Assembly: GCA_944390265.1 (NCBI GenBank)
Contig: CALXPK010000006.1
Location: 1 to 58,353 of the forward strand
From: an uncultured Alphaproteobacteria bacterium
GTDB taxonomy: Bacteria > Pseudomonadota > Alphaproteobacteria > RF32 > CAG-239
Reading direction: 5' to 3'
Length of the DNA stretch: 58,353 bases
Numbering within the stretch: position 1 is the stretch's first letter; the number at the start of each line of letters is the position of its first letter. The position numbers and the translations under genes were made by a program. The notes under the pieces were generated by a model that saw only the letters and a program-made list of their open reading frames with translations, had not been told where the DNA came from and searched no databases. Shown piece after piece: positions 30,380 through 38,899 of the stretch.

Positions 30380-31430
30380 TGCGCGGGTCAACCAACGAAT
30401 AAGTAATATCGCTGATGAGTTTCAAAATAAGCCCGAGCAAAGCAAAAATATAAAGCGTGCCGAAAATGACCGGATAATCGCGCGTCATAATCGCCTCATA
30501 GCCCAAAAGACCCAAGCCGTTGAGCGAAAAAATCACTTCAATCAGGAGCGCGCCGCTAAACAGCATTTTGATGAGAAGAGAGGGAAAACCGGCAATCACA
30601 ATCAGCATCGCATTGCGAAAAACATGCCCGTACAAAATTTGGTTTTGCGTAAGGCCTTTGGCTTTGGCGGTCAAAACATAAGGCTTGTTGATTTCATCCA
30701 AAAAAGAGTTTTTGGTCAGCATGGTAAGTGAGGCAAAACCGCCGATAACCATGGCCAAAACCGGCAAAGTAATGTGCCAAAAATAATCAACAATTTTGCC
30801 GAATAGAGAGAGTTGTTCCCAGTTGTCAGAGGTGAGCCCGCGCAGCGGAAACCAGTTAAGATACGTGCCGCCGGCCAAAAAGACAATCAGAAACACGGCA
30901 AACAAAAACACCGGAATGGCCGAACCGAGAATAACCGCAAAAGAGCTCCAAATATCAAAAGCCGAACCGTCGGTCACGGCTTTTTTAATGCCGAGCGGAA
31001 TGGCAATCAGATAGATAATCAAAGTTGACCACAAACCCAAAGAGATGGAAACCGGCATCCGTTCCACAATCAGTTCCACCACGGTTTTGTCTTGATAAAA
31101 ACTTTTGCCAAAGTCAAAGCAGGCATAATCTTTAATCATTTTCCAAAAGCGGGTGAGCGGCGGCTGGTCAAAGCCGAATTGCTTTTTGAGTTCGTTAACC
31201 AAATCTTCCGGCACCCCTTGCGCCCCTTGGTAGGCATTGTTGGTGGCAAGATTCATTTGTGCCGTGCCTGAGATTTGTGAGGTGGCACTCACGTTCATGC
31301 CGCGATATTTGGCCAAAGTATGCTCAATCGGGCCGCCGGGAGCAAATTGCACCAAAACAAAATTGATGCACAAAATGCCAAACAAGGTGAGCGGAATAAG
31401 CAAAAGTCTTTTGATAATATAATTTCTCAT
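30360..31430 (-). CDS. yejB: Peptide/microcin C ABC transporter permease YejB
   Basis: YIIKRLLLIP, QFAPGGP, TKNSFLDEI, TAKAKGL and HVFRNAML motifs. Confidence 0.92.
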   Translation of the reverse strand: MRNYIIKRLLLIPLTLFGILCINFVLVQFAPGGPIEHTLAKYRGMNVSATSQISGTAQMNLATNNAYQGAQGVPEDLVNELKKQFGFDQPPLTRFWKMIKDYACFDFGKSFYQDKTVVELIVERMPVSISLGLWSTLIIYLIAIPLGIKKAVTDGSAFDIWSSFAVILGSAIPVFLFAVFLIVFLAGGTYLNWFPLRGLTSDNWEQLSLFGKIVDYFWHITLPVLAMVIGGFASLTMLTKNSFLDEINKPYVLTAKAKGLTQNQILYGHVFRNAMLIVIAGFPSLLIKMLFSGALLIEVIFSLNGLGLLGYEAIMTRDYPVIFGTLYIFALLGLILKLISDITYSLVDPRINFDRV

Positions 31431-31436
31431 GATATT

Positions 31437-33269
31437 TTACCTCTTGCTTTGGGGCTTAACCCACCATGTTTCGGGCTGAAAACCGGCTTTGTCATCATTT
31501 TTGGGATAATCCAAGCGCTGGTTGTAGGCCACGCGGTTATAAGAAGTATACCATTGCGGAATCAGATAATATTCATGGCGCATCACACGGTCAAAGGCAT
31601 GGAGAGCGGCCAGATAATCTTCTTTTTCGTGGGCTTGAACAATTTTGTTGAGCAAGGCATCCACAACCGGATTCTTCACACCGGCAATATTGTAGCTTCC
31701 GTGAATATCAGCTGACGCAGAACCCCACATTTCTTTTTGCTCGTTCCCCGGCATTTGGCTCATCGGAAAAGAAACAATCGCCATATCGAAGTCAAAATTA
31801 TCCAGTCTGTTTTTGAAAATATTGACTTCCAAATTGCGAAAAGTGGCTTTAATACCGATTTTTTCCAAATTTTTCAAAAAGGGCAGCATCACGCGGGTAA
31901 AGCTGGAGCCGTTGGCATTGTTGCTCAAAATTTCAAACTCAAGTGGTTGTCCTGTTTCAAGGTTGGTCATTTTGCCGTCAACAAAATCATAGCCGCCGAG
32001 CTTGAGCAGACGTACCGCTTCTTTAAGATTTTTTCGATTGTCTTCAATGGTTTTGAAGCTGGGATTTTGCGGCAAAGGGCCAAAAACTTCCGGCGGCAGT
32101 TGCTCTTTGAATTGGTTGAGCAAAGCCAGCTCTTTGCCTTTGGGCAGGCCGGTTGCGGCCATTTCGGTGTTGGAAAAATAGCTGTCCAGCCGTGAATATT
32201 GATTATAAAAGAGTTTGTCATTGGCCCAATCAAAGTTAAAAACTTGAGCAATGGCTTGGCGTACGAATTTGTTTTGAAATTTGGGCTTGCGCAGATTGAA
32301 AGCAAAACTTTGCAAAATGGCGGTGCGATTGTGCGGCAATTCCGCTTTAATGATTTTGCCATTTTTAACCAGATTGTTGTCATAACCGGTGGCCCAAATT
32401 TTGGCAATATATTCTTCGCGCAGGTCGATATTACCGGAAAACAGCGCTTGCAAGGTCACGGTCGTGTCTTGATAATAGTCGTTGCGAATGGTGTCAAAAT
32501 TAAAAAATCCTTTGCGCGAGGGGAGGTCTTTGGCCCAATAGTTCGGATTGCGTTTTAGCTCCACAAATTTGCTCGGTTCAAACTTGGTGATAATATAAGG
32601 CCCACTGCCCAAAGGCGGCGTGAGCGAGGGTTTGGCAAAATCTTTGCCGTCCCAATCTTTTTTGGAAAAAACGGCCAGTTGGGAAAGAATAAGCGGCAGT
32701 TCTTTGTTTTTGGCGCCTTTTTTGAAATAAAAACGCACGTGGCGGTCATTGAGCTTTTCCACGCGCTCCACATCGGCATAATAAATTTTGTAAAGCGGGG
32801 CGCCTTTGGTTATCAGACTGTTGAAGGAAAAAATCACATCATCGGCCGTAACCGGTGAACCGTCGGAAAACTTGGCCTTCGGGTTGAGGATAAAGCCGAC
32901 AAAAGAATTGTCCTCGGGCAACTCAAATTTTTGCGCAATCAGGGGATAAACGGTAGAATAATCATCAGAGGGCACCACCCCGAGTGTGTCCATGGTCAAA
33001 GCCACGGTTTCAGCCGAGGCAATTCCTTTGAATATAAACGGGTTGAAACTGTCAAACGTACCGTAAGCCGGCATCACCACGCGCCCGCCTTTAGGCGCAT
33101 CGGGGTTCACATAGTCAAAAGAGATGAAGTCATCGGCATATTTTGCTTGCCCGTAAAGCGCCAAATGATTGGCCACGGTGACTTTTGCCTGAACGGAAAA
33201 TCCGCACAAGAAACATAAAACCAAGCAGAAAAAGAAAGCGGCCTTATTTATGATAGTTGCTTTCGTCAG
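31437..33269 (-). CDS. yejA: Peptide ABC transporter substrate-binding protein YejA (start uncertain, possibly CTG at 33269)
   Basis: FDYVNPDAPKGG, GTFDSFNPF, GSGPY and YWAKDLP motifs; the signal peptide has no ATG, and a GGAGG lies 5 nt before an in-frame CTG. Confidence 0.9.
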   Translation of the reverse strand: MTKATIINKAAFFFCLVLCFLCGFSVQAKVTVANHLALYGQAKYADDFISFDYVNPDAPKGGRVVMPAYGTFDSFNPFIFKGIASAETVALTMDTLGVVPSDDYSTVYPLIAQKFELPEDNSFVGFILNPKAKFSDGSPVTADDVIFSFNSLITKGAPLYKIYYADVERVEKLNDRHVRFYFKKGAKNKELPLILSQLAVFSKKDWDGKDFAKPSLTPPLGSGPYIITKFEPSKFVELKRNPNYWAKDLPSRKGFFNFDTIRNDYYQDTTVTLQALFSGNIDLREEYIAKIWATGYDNNLVKNGKIIKAELPHNRTAILQSFAFNLRKPKFQNKFVRQAIAQVFNFDWANDKLFYNQYSRLDSYFSNTEMAATGLPKGKELALLNQFKEQLPPEVFGPLPQNPSFKTIEDNRKNLKEAVRLLKLGGYDFVDGKMTNLETGQPLEFEILSNNANGSSFTRVMLPFLKNLEKIGIKATFRNLEVNIFKNRLDNFDFDMAIVSFPMSQMPGNEQKEMWGSASADIHGSYNIAGVKNPVVDALLNKIVQAHEKEDYLAALHAFDRVMRHEYYLIPQWYTSYNRVAYNQRLDYPKNDDKAGFQPETWWVKPQSKR

Positions 33270-34638
33270 TCCATCCTCCGAAAGGATAAGATAACACTTC
33301 TTCCCGAGAATCGTTTTGCGGCTGAACCGAATTTTCCTCCGGCTTTTCCTCGGCATTATCAAGAGAAGATTTGCGCATATCGGCCCATTCCTTGCGCAGG
33401 TTATTAAGCGTTTTTTGCGTGTTGGTAATCGGCACACTGATAGGTTCGGGCTTTATATCGAGAGTATTTTCAACGCTTTCGGCAAAAGAAGGAGCCACTT
33501 TCTCCTCCGGCCGATTGAGAATAATCTCTTGTTGATTAACATTTTCCTCTTGAGTCGAGAGAATAATTTCCGGCGCGGCATTTTGTTCATCTTCGTCAGA
33601 AAGTTCAACAATCGGCGTTTCTTTTCTATCGGGCAGAGGCGCAACCTCTTCTTCCTCGTCTGTTTGACCAAAACTGCGTTCCAAAGCCATGGAAAACGGG
33701 TCTCGCGAGTTCAGCTCCCGATTTTCGGTTTCCGGAGCTTTTTCTTTTTTGATAAAAGAGCCGATTTTGTTGGACAGTCCGCTCAACAAAGAAGTTGTTT
33801 TTTTCTCAAGGTTCGGTTGCCCCAAAGAGCTTTTTGCCGTGACCGGAGCTTGAGGAGCCCGAGCCTGCACGTGTTTTTCAAAATCAGAGTCGACATCAGC
33901 TTTGTTAAAAGCCGCCCCGCGATATTTTCTGATTTCATCGGAAAGCGGCGCCAAAATGGTAAACACTTTGCCAAACACGCCGGTTTCAATCACGTTTAAA
34001 AAGACGCGTTCATTATCATGCTTGTTCAAAAGGGACAAAACATTTTGATAGCGGGCGCAAAACTCCAAAATTGTGCCGGCCAACACCACATCATTTTGAG
34101 CCTTATCATAGAGGCGCATTTGAAAATTGGGCTGATTTTGGTTAATTTCGATAATCACCTTACCCAAAGCCCATTTTCCGCCGTTGCGCACGCGGCTCCA
34201 GAGGGATTCGATTTGCTCGCGCGAGGCCAAAGCCGCCCGATTGATAATTTCGGCAATCAATTCGTTCATATCGGAAATCAGAATATCAATCCGGCTGAGG
34301 ATAAAGCCGTCTTTAATCTGTTGTTCGGATTCGAGCATGATTCGCGCCACCAAATCGGTATATTCCTGATTTTTGCGCATTTGCAAAAAGAGCTGATAAA
34401 GAGCTTTAGAGGTTTTTTGGTTGTTGATATGTTGGTTAATATAGCCAAAGACCACCCACAAAACCAACACCGGCAAGATAACCAATGCCACATAGATAGA
34501 AAGATCAACCACCCCCAGAGAGCTGAGCTTTGTTCCGACCGTATTATCTTGGACATAAGCCACGGCATAAATCAGCCACAAAAGGCTGGAAAAAATGGCC
34601 GCAAAGAAAGAAAATGCCAGCACTCTAATTCTCCTCAT
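33244..34638 (-). CDS. Two-TM membrane protein resembling a shortened TipN/GPR/RgsE-type polar protein
   Basis: Two N-terminal TMs (ILPVLVLW); LWSRVRNG...FCARYQNVL...D...TGVFGKVFTILA segment; disordered acidic tail. Confidence 0.5.
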   Translation of the reverse strand: MRRIRVLAFSFFAAIFSSLLWLIYAVAYVQDNTVGTKLSSLGVVDLSIYVALVILPVLVLWVVFGYINQHINNQKTSKALYQLFLQMRKNQEYTDLVARIMLESEQQIKDGFILSRIDILISDMNELIAEIINRAALASREQIESLWSRVRNGGKWALGKVIIEINQNQPNFQMRLYDKAQNDVVLAGTILEFCARYQNVLSLLNKHDNERVFLNVIETGVFGKVFTILAPLSDEIRKYRGAAFNKADVDSDFEKHVQARAPQAPVTAKSSLGQPNLEKKTTSLLSGLSNKIGSFIKKEKAPETENRELNSRDPFSMALERSFGQTDEEEEVAPLPDRKETPIVELSDEDEQNAAPEIILSTQEENVNQQEIILNRPEEKVAPSFAESVENTLDIKPEPISVPITNTQKTLNNLRKEWADMRKSSLDNAEEKPEENSVQPQNDSREEVLSYPFGGWTDESNYHK

Positions 34639-34791
34639 AATTGTTAGAAACAATCAATAATTATCAGATATAGTAGTATATTTGCGTGATATTTCAACGA
34701 AAATTTACACAAATATGCAAAATAAGAGTCGAAAGATTAAAAAAAATGTGTTATGACCTTTCACAGGTAAAAACAAAATAAGAGAAGTTGA

Positions 34792-35757
34792 ATGAACAAT
34801 AATACGACATTAGTTCTTGATTTTGAAAAAAATATTGTTGAAATTGAAAACAAAATTGAATCTTTGAAACATCTGGCCGAAGGTCAAGATGTGGACATTT
34901 CGCAAGAGGTAAACCGTTTGCAACAAAAACTGGAAAGACAGGTCAGAGCATCTTATTCAAACTTAAGCCCGTGGGAAAAAACACAAGTGGCGCGCCATCC
35001 GGAGCGTCCGCATTGCTTGGATTATGTCCATGGTTTGATAGAAGACTTCACGCCGCTTTGCGGTGACCGTCTCTTTGCCGATGATGAGGCCATGATTGGC
35101 GGTATCGGCCGTTTTAAAAACATTTCGGTTGTCGTGTTGGGACAAGAAAAAGGCCATGATTTGGAAACCCGCCTGAAATACAATTTCGGCATGGCCAAAC
35201 CGGAAGGCTATAGAAAAGCGCAAAGATTGATGACCTTAGCCGATAAATTTAATATGCCGATTATCTGCTTTGTTGATACCTCGGGTGCTTTCCCCGGAGT
35301 GGAGGCCGAAGCCAGAGGTCAGGCTGAAGCCATTGCCTCTTCCATTCAAAAATCTTTGCAAGTCAAAGTCCCGCTCGTTTCCGTTGTGATAGGTGAAGGC
35401 GGTTCCGGCGGTGCCATCGCCATTGCCACGGCCAACAAAGTGTTGATGTTGGAACACGCCATATATTCGGTCATCTCACCGGAGGGCTGCGCCTCCATTT
35501 TGTGGCGTTCGGCCGACAAGGTCAAAGAAGCCACCGAGGCTTTGAAGTTGACGGCACAAGACTTGAAAAAACTCGGCATTATTGATGAGATTATTCCCGA
35601 GCCTTTGGGCGGTGCCCATCGTGACCCCAAAGCCACAATCGAGCATGTGGGTAATGCCATTTTGCGCAATTTGAAAGAATTGTTGCCGTTGAGCGGCGAA
35701 GAGCTCAAAAAGCAACGCAATGAAAAATTCTTGAAAATGGGTCGCAATCTTGAATAA
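34792..35757 (+). CDS. accA: Acetyl-CoA carboxylase carboxyltransferase alpha subunit
   Basis: ARHPERP, PEGYRKA, GEGGSGGA and YSVISPEGCASILW motifs. Confidence 0.98.
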   Translation: MNNNTTLVLDFEKNIVEIENKIESLKHLAEGQDVDISQEVNRLQQKLERQVRASYSNLSPWEKTQVARHPERPHCLDYVHGLIEDFTPLCGDRLFADDEAMIGGIGRFKNISVVVLGQEKGHDLETRLKYNFGMAKPEGYRKAQRLMTLADKFNMPIICFVDTSGAFPGVEAEARGQAEAIASSIQKSLQVKVPLVSVVIGEGGSGGAIAIATANKVLMLEHAIYSVISPEGCASILWRSADKVKEATEALKLTAQDLKKLGIIDEIIPEPLGGAHRDPKATIEHVGNAILRNLKELLPLSGEELKKQRNEKFLKMGRNLE

Positions 35758-36886
35758 TTTTTCGGGTGACATAATGCTCATATTGATTGCCGGTGTAGCC
35801 TTGCTGCTCATCGGCAATCTTTGCTATATGATTCTGAAAAGCAAAAAGACGGGCATGGATTCGTTTGCTGATATTTTACTGCGCGGGCAAGCTGAACTTG
35901 CCGGTAGATTGAGTCAATTATCCGAGCTGAATAGGCAAGAGCAAAATCGCTTAACCGATGCCATCAATGAGCAAAAACTGGCGGTTTTGAAAATTATGGA
36001 TGAAAAATTGCTGGCCGTGACCAAAAGCGTGGGCGAAGGGTTGCAACAATCCACCACCAAAACCACCGAAACCCTGCAAGATTTGCGTGAACGTTTGGCC
36101 AAAATTGATGTCGCGCAACAAAAAATTTCTTCTTTGTCGGAACAAGTTGTCTCTTTGCAAGAGGTTTTGAGCAACAAACAAGCCCGCGGTGCTTTTGGCG
36201 AGATTCAGCTCAACGATTTAGTCACTTCGATTCTTCCGCCTTCGGCTTATGAGTTTCAGGTGGTGATGAGCAATCAAAAGCGCGCCGATTGTGTTTTGCG
36301 TTTGCCCAACCCGCCCGGAACAATCGTGATAGATGCCAAATTTCCGCTTGAGAGCTATCAGGCGTTAAGAAATGCGCAAAACGAAAGGGAGAAAATTGAA
36401 GCGGAAAGATTCTTCCGTGCTTCGGTCTTAAAACATATCAAAGACATATCGGAAAAATATATCATTGTCGGTGAGACGGCAGAGTCGGCACTGATGTTTT
36501 TGCCGAGTGAAGCCATCTATGCCGAATTGCACGCCAATTTTCGCGATGTGGTTGAGGCCTCATACCGTGCCAAAGTTTGGATAGTTTCTCCCACCACATT
36601 GATGGCCACGCTAAACACGGTGCGGGCGATTCTCAAAGATGCCTCAATGCGAGAGCAGGCCGGAATCATACAACGCGAAGTAGGTGTTTTGGTTGAAGAT
36701 ATCACCCGCTTGGATGACAGAATTGAAAATTTATCCAAACATTTTGACATGGCCGCGCGAGATATCAATGACATTAAAGTTTCTTCTGGCAAAATCTCCA
36801 AAAGGATTAAAAAGATTGAAGATTTTGAGCTTGGGGAGGCTGACCACACCTTGGCCATAGAGCACAAAATGGCACAAAATGAATAA
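35750..36886 (+). CDS. rmuC: DNA recombination protein RmuC
   Basis: KQARGAFGE, IDAKFPLE, MFLPSEAIY and VSPTTLMA motifs. Confidence 0.95.
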   Translation: MNNFSGDIMLILIAGVALLLIGNLCYMILKSKKTGMDSFADILLRGQAELAGRLSQLSELNRQEQNRLTDAINEQKLAVLKIMDEKLLAVTKSVGEGLQQSTTKTTETLQDLRERLAKIDVAQQKISSLSEQVVSLQEVLSNKQARGAFGEIQLNDLVTSILPPSAYEFQVVMSNQKRADCVLRLPNPPGTIVIDAKFPLESYQALRNAQNEREKIEAERFFRASVLKHIKDISEKYIIVGETAESALMFLPSEAIYAELHANFRDVVEASYRAKVWIVSPTTLMATLNTVRAILKDASMREQAGIIQREVGVLVEDITRLDDRIENLSKHFDMAARDINDIKVSSGKISKRIKKIEDFELGEADHTLAIEHKMAQNE

Positions 36887-37012
36887 AACGTTGGATAGAT
36901 TCTTTTTTTGATTTTTATTTTTTTTTGAAATCCGATATTGATTTCTCGAACAAAAAAAGATAGTTTATTGAAAAACATTAAATTTAAGTATAATTAAAAT
37001 ATAAGAGGTAAA

Positions 37013-37297
37013 ATGACTAGATCAGAATTAATTGAAAAAATTGCAGCTAAAAACCCGCATTTAATGGTAAAAGACGTTGAACGCATTGTTGCTGTTGTTT
37101 TTGATAAAATCATCAGCTCATTGGCTGCCGGAGACAGAGTTGAGTTCAGAGGCTTTGGTGCATTTTCGGTTCGCAAACGCACGCCGCGCGTTGCCAAAAA
37201 CCCGCGCACCGGAGAGCAGGTTAAGGTTGAAGAACGCAACATTCCGCATTTCAAAACCGGTAAGCAATTGTTTGAACTGTTAAACAAAAAGAAATAG
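37013..37297 (+). CDS. ihfB: Integration host factor beta subunit
   Basis: [24 protein letters not shown] and PHFKTGK motifs; lapA follows. Confidence 0.93.
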   Translation: MTRSELIEKIAAKNPHLMVKDVERIVAVVFDKIISSLAAGDRVEFRGFGAFSVRKRTPRVAKNPRTGEQVKVEERNIPHFKTGKQLFELLNKKK

Positions 37298-37346
37298 GGT
37301 CAAACAAAAGTTTATCAAACCATTTTAACAAGAAAAGGACACCGTC

Positions 37347-37733
37347 ATGGCATTTATAAAAACGCTCATCAGATTGATTGTATTGGCCGTTGTTTTGTAT
37401 TTTGCCTTCATCAACAACGATCTGGCCGTGTTTAGTTTATGGCCGTTTGACATTGAGGTGACGGTTTCTTTGAGTGTTGCGATAGTCTTTTTTGTTTTGT
37501 TTGGTTTCATCTGGGGTAAATTTGATTCATGGTTTGCCTACTCGCCGGTGAGAAGTTCGCTGCGCCAACAGAAAAAACAAAACAAAAAGCTGACCAAAGA
37601 GCAACAAAAACTGACCAAAGAGGTAGAAGGGTTGCAAGGAGACATCAGCGAGATGAAAGAAAAAGAAGCTGCCCGCCCCAAACCTCCGCTCAAACAAAGA
37701 ATTTTAGCTTGGTTTAAGCGCAAAAAAGACTAA
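37347..37733 (+). CDS. lapA: LapA-family (lipopolysaccharide assembly A-like) membrane protein
   Basis: Two TMs with FAFINN..AVFSLWPF followed by a coiled coil; downstream of ihfB. Confidence 0.75.
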   Translation: MAFIKTLIRLIVLAVVLYFAFINNDLAVFSLWPFDIEVTVSLSVAIVFFVLFGFIWGKFDSWFAYSPVRSSLRQQKKQNKKLTKEQQKLTKEVEGLQGDISEMKEKEAARPKPPLKQRILAWFKRKKD

Positions 37734-37760
37734 TTGTCATAATAACAAAAGGTAACAACT

Positions 37761-38642
37761 ATGAACTGGCTTACAGACTTTGTCAGACCGAAAGTAAAGA
37801 AAATCACGGCAAAAGAGATTGCCGACAATTTGTGGACCAAATGCCCCAACTGCGGCCAAATGCTTTTCAACAAAGAGTTGGAAAAAAACAATTTTGTCTG
37901 CCACAAATGCGATCATCATTTGCGTCTGCCCATCAAAAAGCGTTTGGAGCTGTTGTTTGACAACGGCGAATATAAAGAAATTTTCTTGCCGAAGTTGAAA
38001 GAAGATCCGCTTAACTTTAAGGATTCGAAAAAATATACCGACCGTTTGAAAACATACCGCAAAAATACCGGTGATGACGATGCCATCAAGGTGGCACAAG
38101 GAGAAATCGGCGGCATAACATCCGTTGTGGCGGTGATGGATTTTGCCTTCATGGGCGGTTCCATGGGTATGGCGGTTGGTGAAGGCATTGTCAAAGCGGC
38201 TGAAACCGCCATCAAAAACAATTGCCCGTTGATAACGGTGACGGCTTCCGGCGGTGCGCGTATGCAAGAAGGTATGCTTTCTTTGATGCAAATGGCCAGA
38301 ACCACGGCGGCGGTTAACATGGTCAAAGAAAAAGGCTTGCCTTATATTGTTATTTTGACCGACCCGACCACGGGTGGTGTTTCTGCCTCATTTGCCATGT
38401 TGGGCGATGTTCATATTGCCGAAAAAGGTTGTATGATTGGTTTTGCCGGTGCGAGAGTAATTGAGCAAACCATTCGTGAAAAATTGCCGGAAGGCTTCCA
38501 GCGTGCCGAATATTTGAAAGAGCATGGTATGGTAGACATGGTTGTCCGCCGTGCCGAAATGAAAAACGAGCTGGTGAAGGTGATTAGCATTTTGATGCAC
38601 CAAAAACCAAAATTGAACACCTTGTCCATCACGGCCAGATAA
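37761..38642 (+). CDS. accD: Acetyl-CoA carboxylase carboxyltransferase beta subunit
   Basis: LWTKCPNC...CHKC zinc ribbon, FMGGSMG, SGGARMQEG and PTTGGVSASFA motifs. Confidence 0.98.
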   Translation: MNWLTDFVRPKVKKITAKEIADNLWTKCPNCGQMLFNKELEKNNFVCHKCDHHLRLPIKKRLELLFDNGEYKEIFLPKLKEDPLNFKDSKKYTDRLKTYRKNTGDDDAIKVAQGEIGGITSVVAVMDFAFMGGSMGMAVGEGIVKAAETAIKNNCPLITVTASGGARMQEGMLSLMQMARTTAAVNMVKEKGLPYIVILTDPTTGGVSASFAMLGDVHIAEKGCMIGFAGARVIEQTIREKLPEGFQRAEYLKEHGMVDMVVRRAEMKNELVKVISILMHQKPKLNTLSITAR

Positions 38643-38658
38643 ATCAAAAAACAAAAAG

Positions 38659-38689
38659 AAAAAAGGGGCGCACAAGCGCTCCTTTTTTT
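38659..38689 (+). terminator. Intrinsic terminator after accD
   Basis: AAAAAAGGGGCGC-ACAA-GCGCTCCTTTTTTT. Confidence 0.85.
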
Positions 38690-38691
38690 GT

Positions 38692-38822
38692 GTCGAACGA
38701 GGCACTTCAGCCCCGTCCAAAAAAAGAGAGAGCATCGCGATACGCAGGGCACGGAAATCAAACTTTTGACGTCAAACACGCCGTGTTTGCGCGGCACGGA
38801 GAAAAAACTTTTGGGATCAAAC
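38692..38822. repeat. Diverged copy of the 113-bp intergenic repeat at 49401..49653
   Basis: Shares AGGCA...CCGTC.AA..AA.GAGAGCATCGCG...GC...GG...ATCAAACT....GTCAA.C; internal duplication GGCACGGA...AAACTTTTG...TCAAAC. Confidence 0.65.
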
Positions 38823-38899
38823 GTCCTACGTTTGTTAGGGGTTTATTAAAGAATATGTGACATAATCTTTCATATTCAGAAAAAATTTTGAGGAAGAAG

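Noticed and set aside
31437-33437. 666-aa version of YejA from the ORF track
   Set aside because: The N-terminal extension overlaps the upstream gene and buries the signal peptide; a start near 33269 fits better
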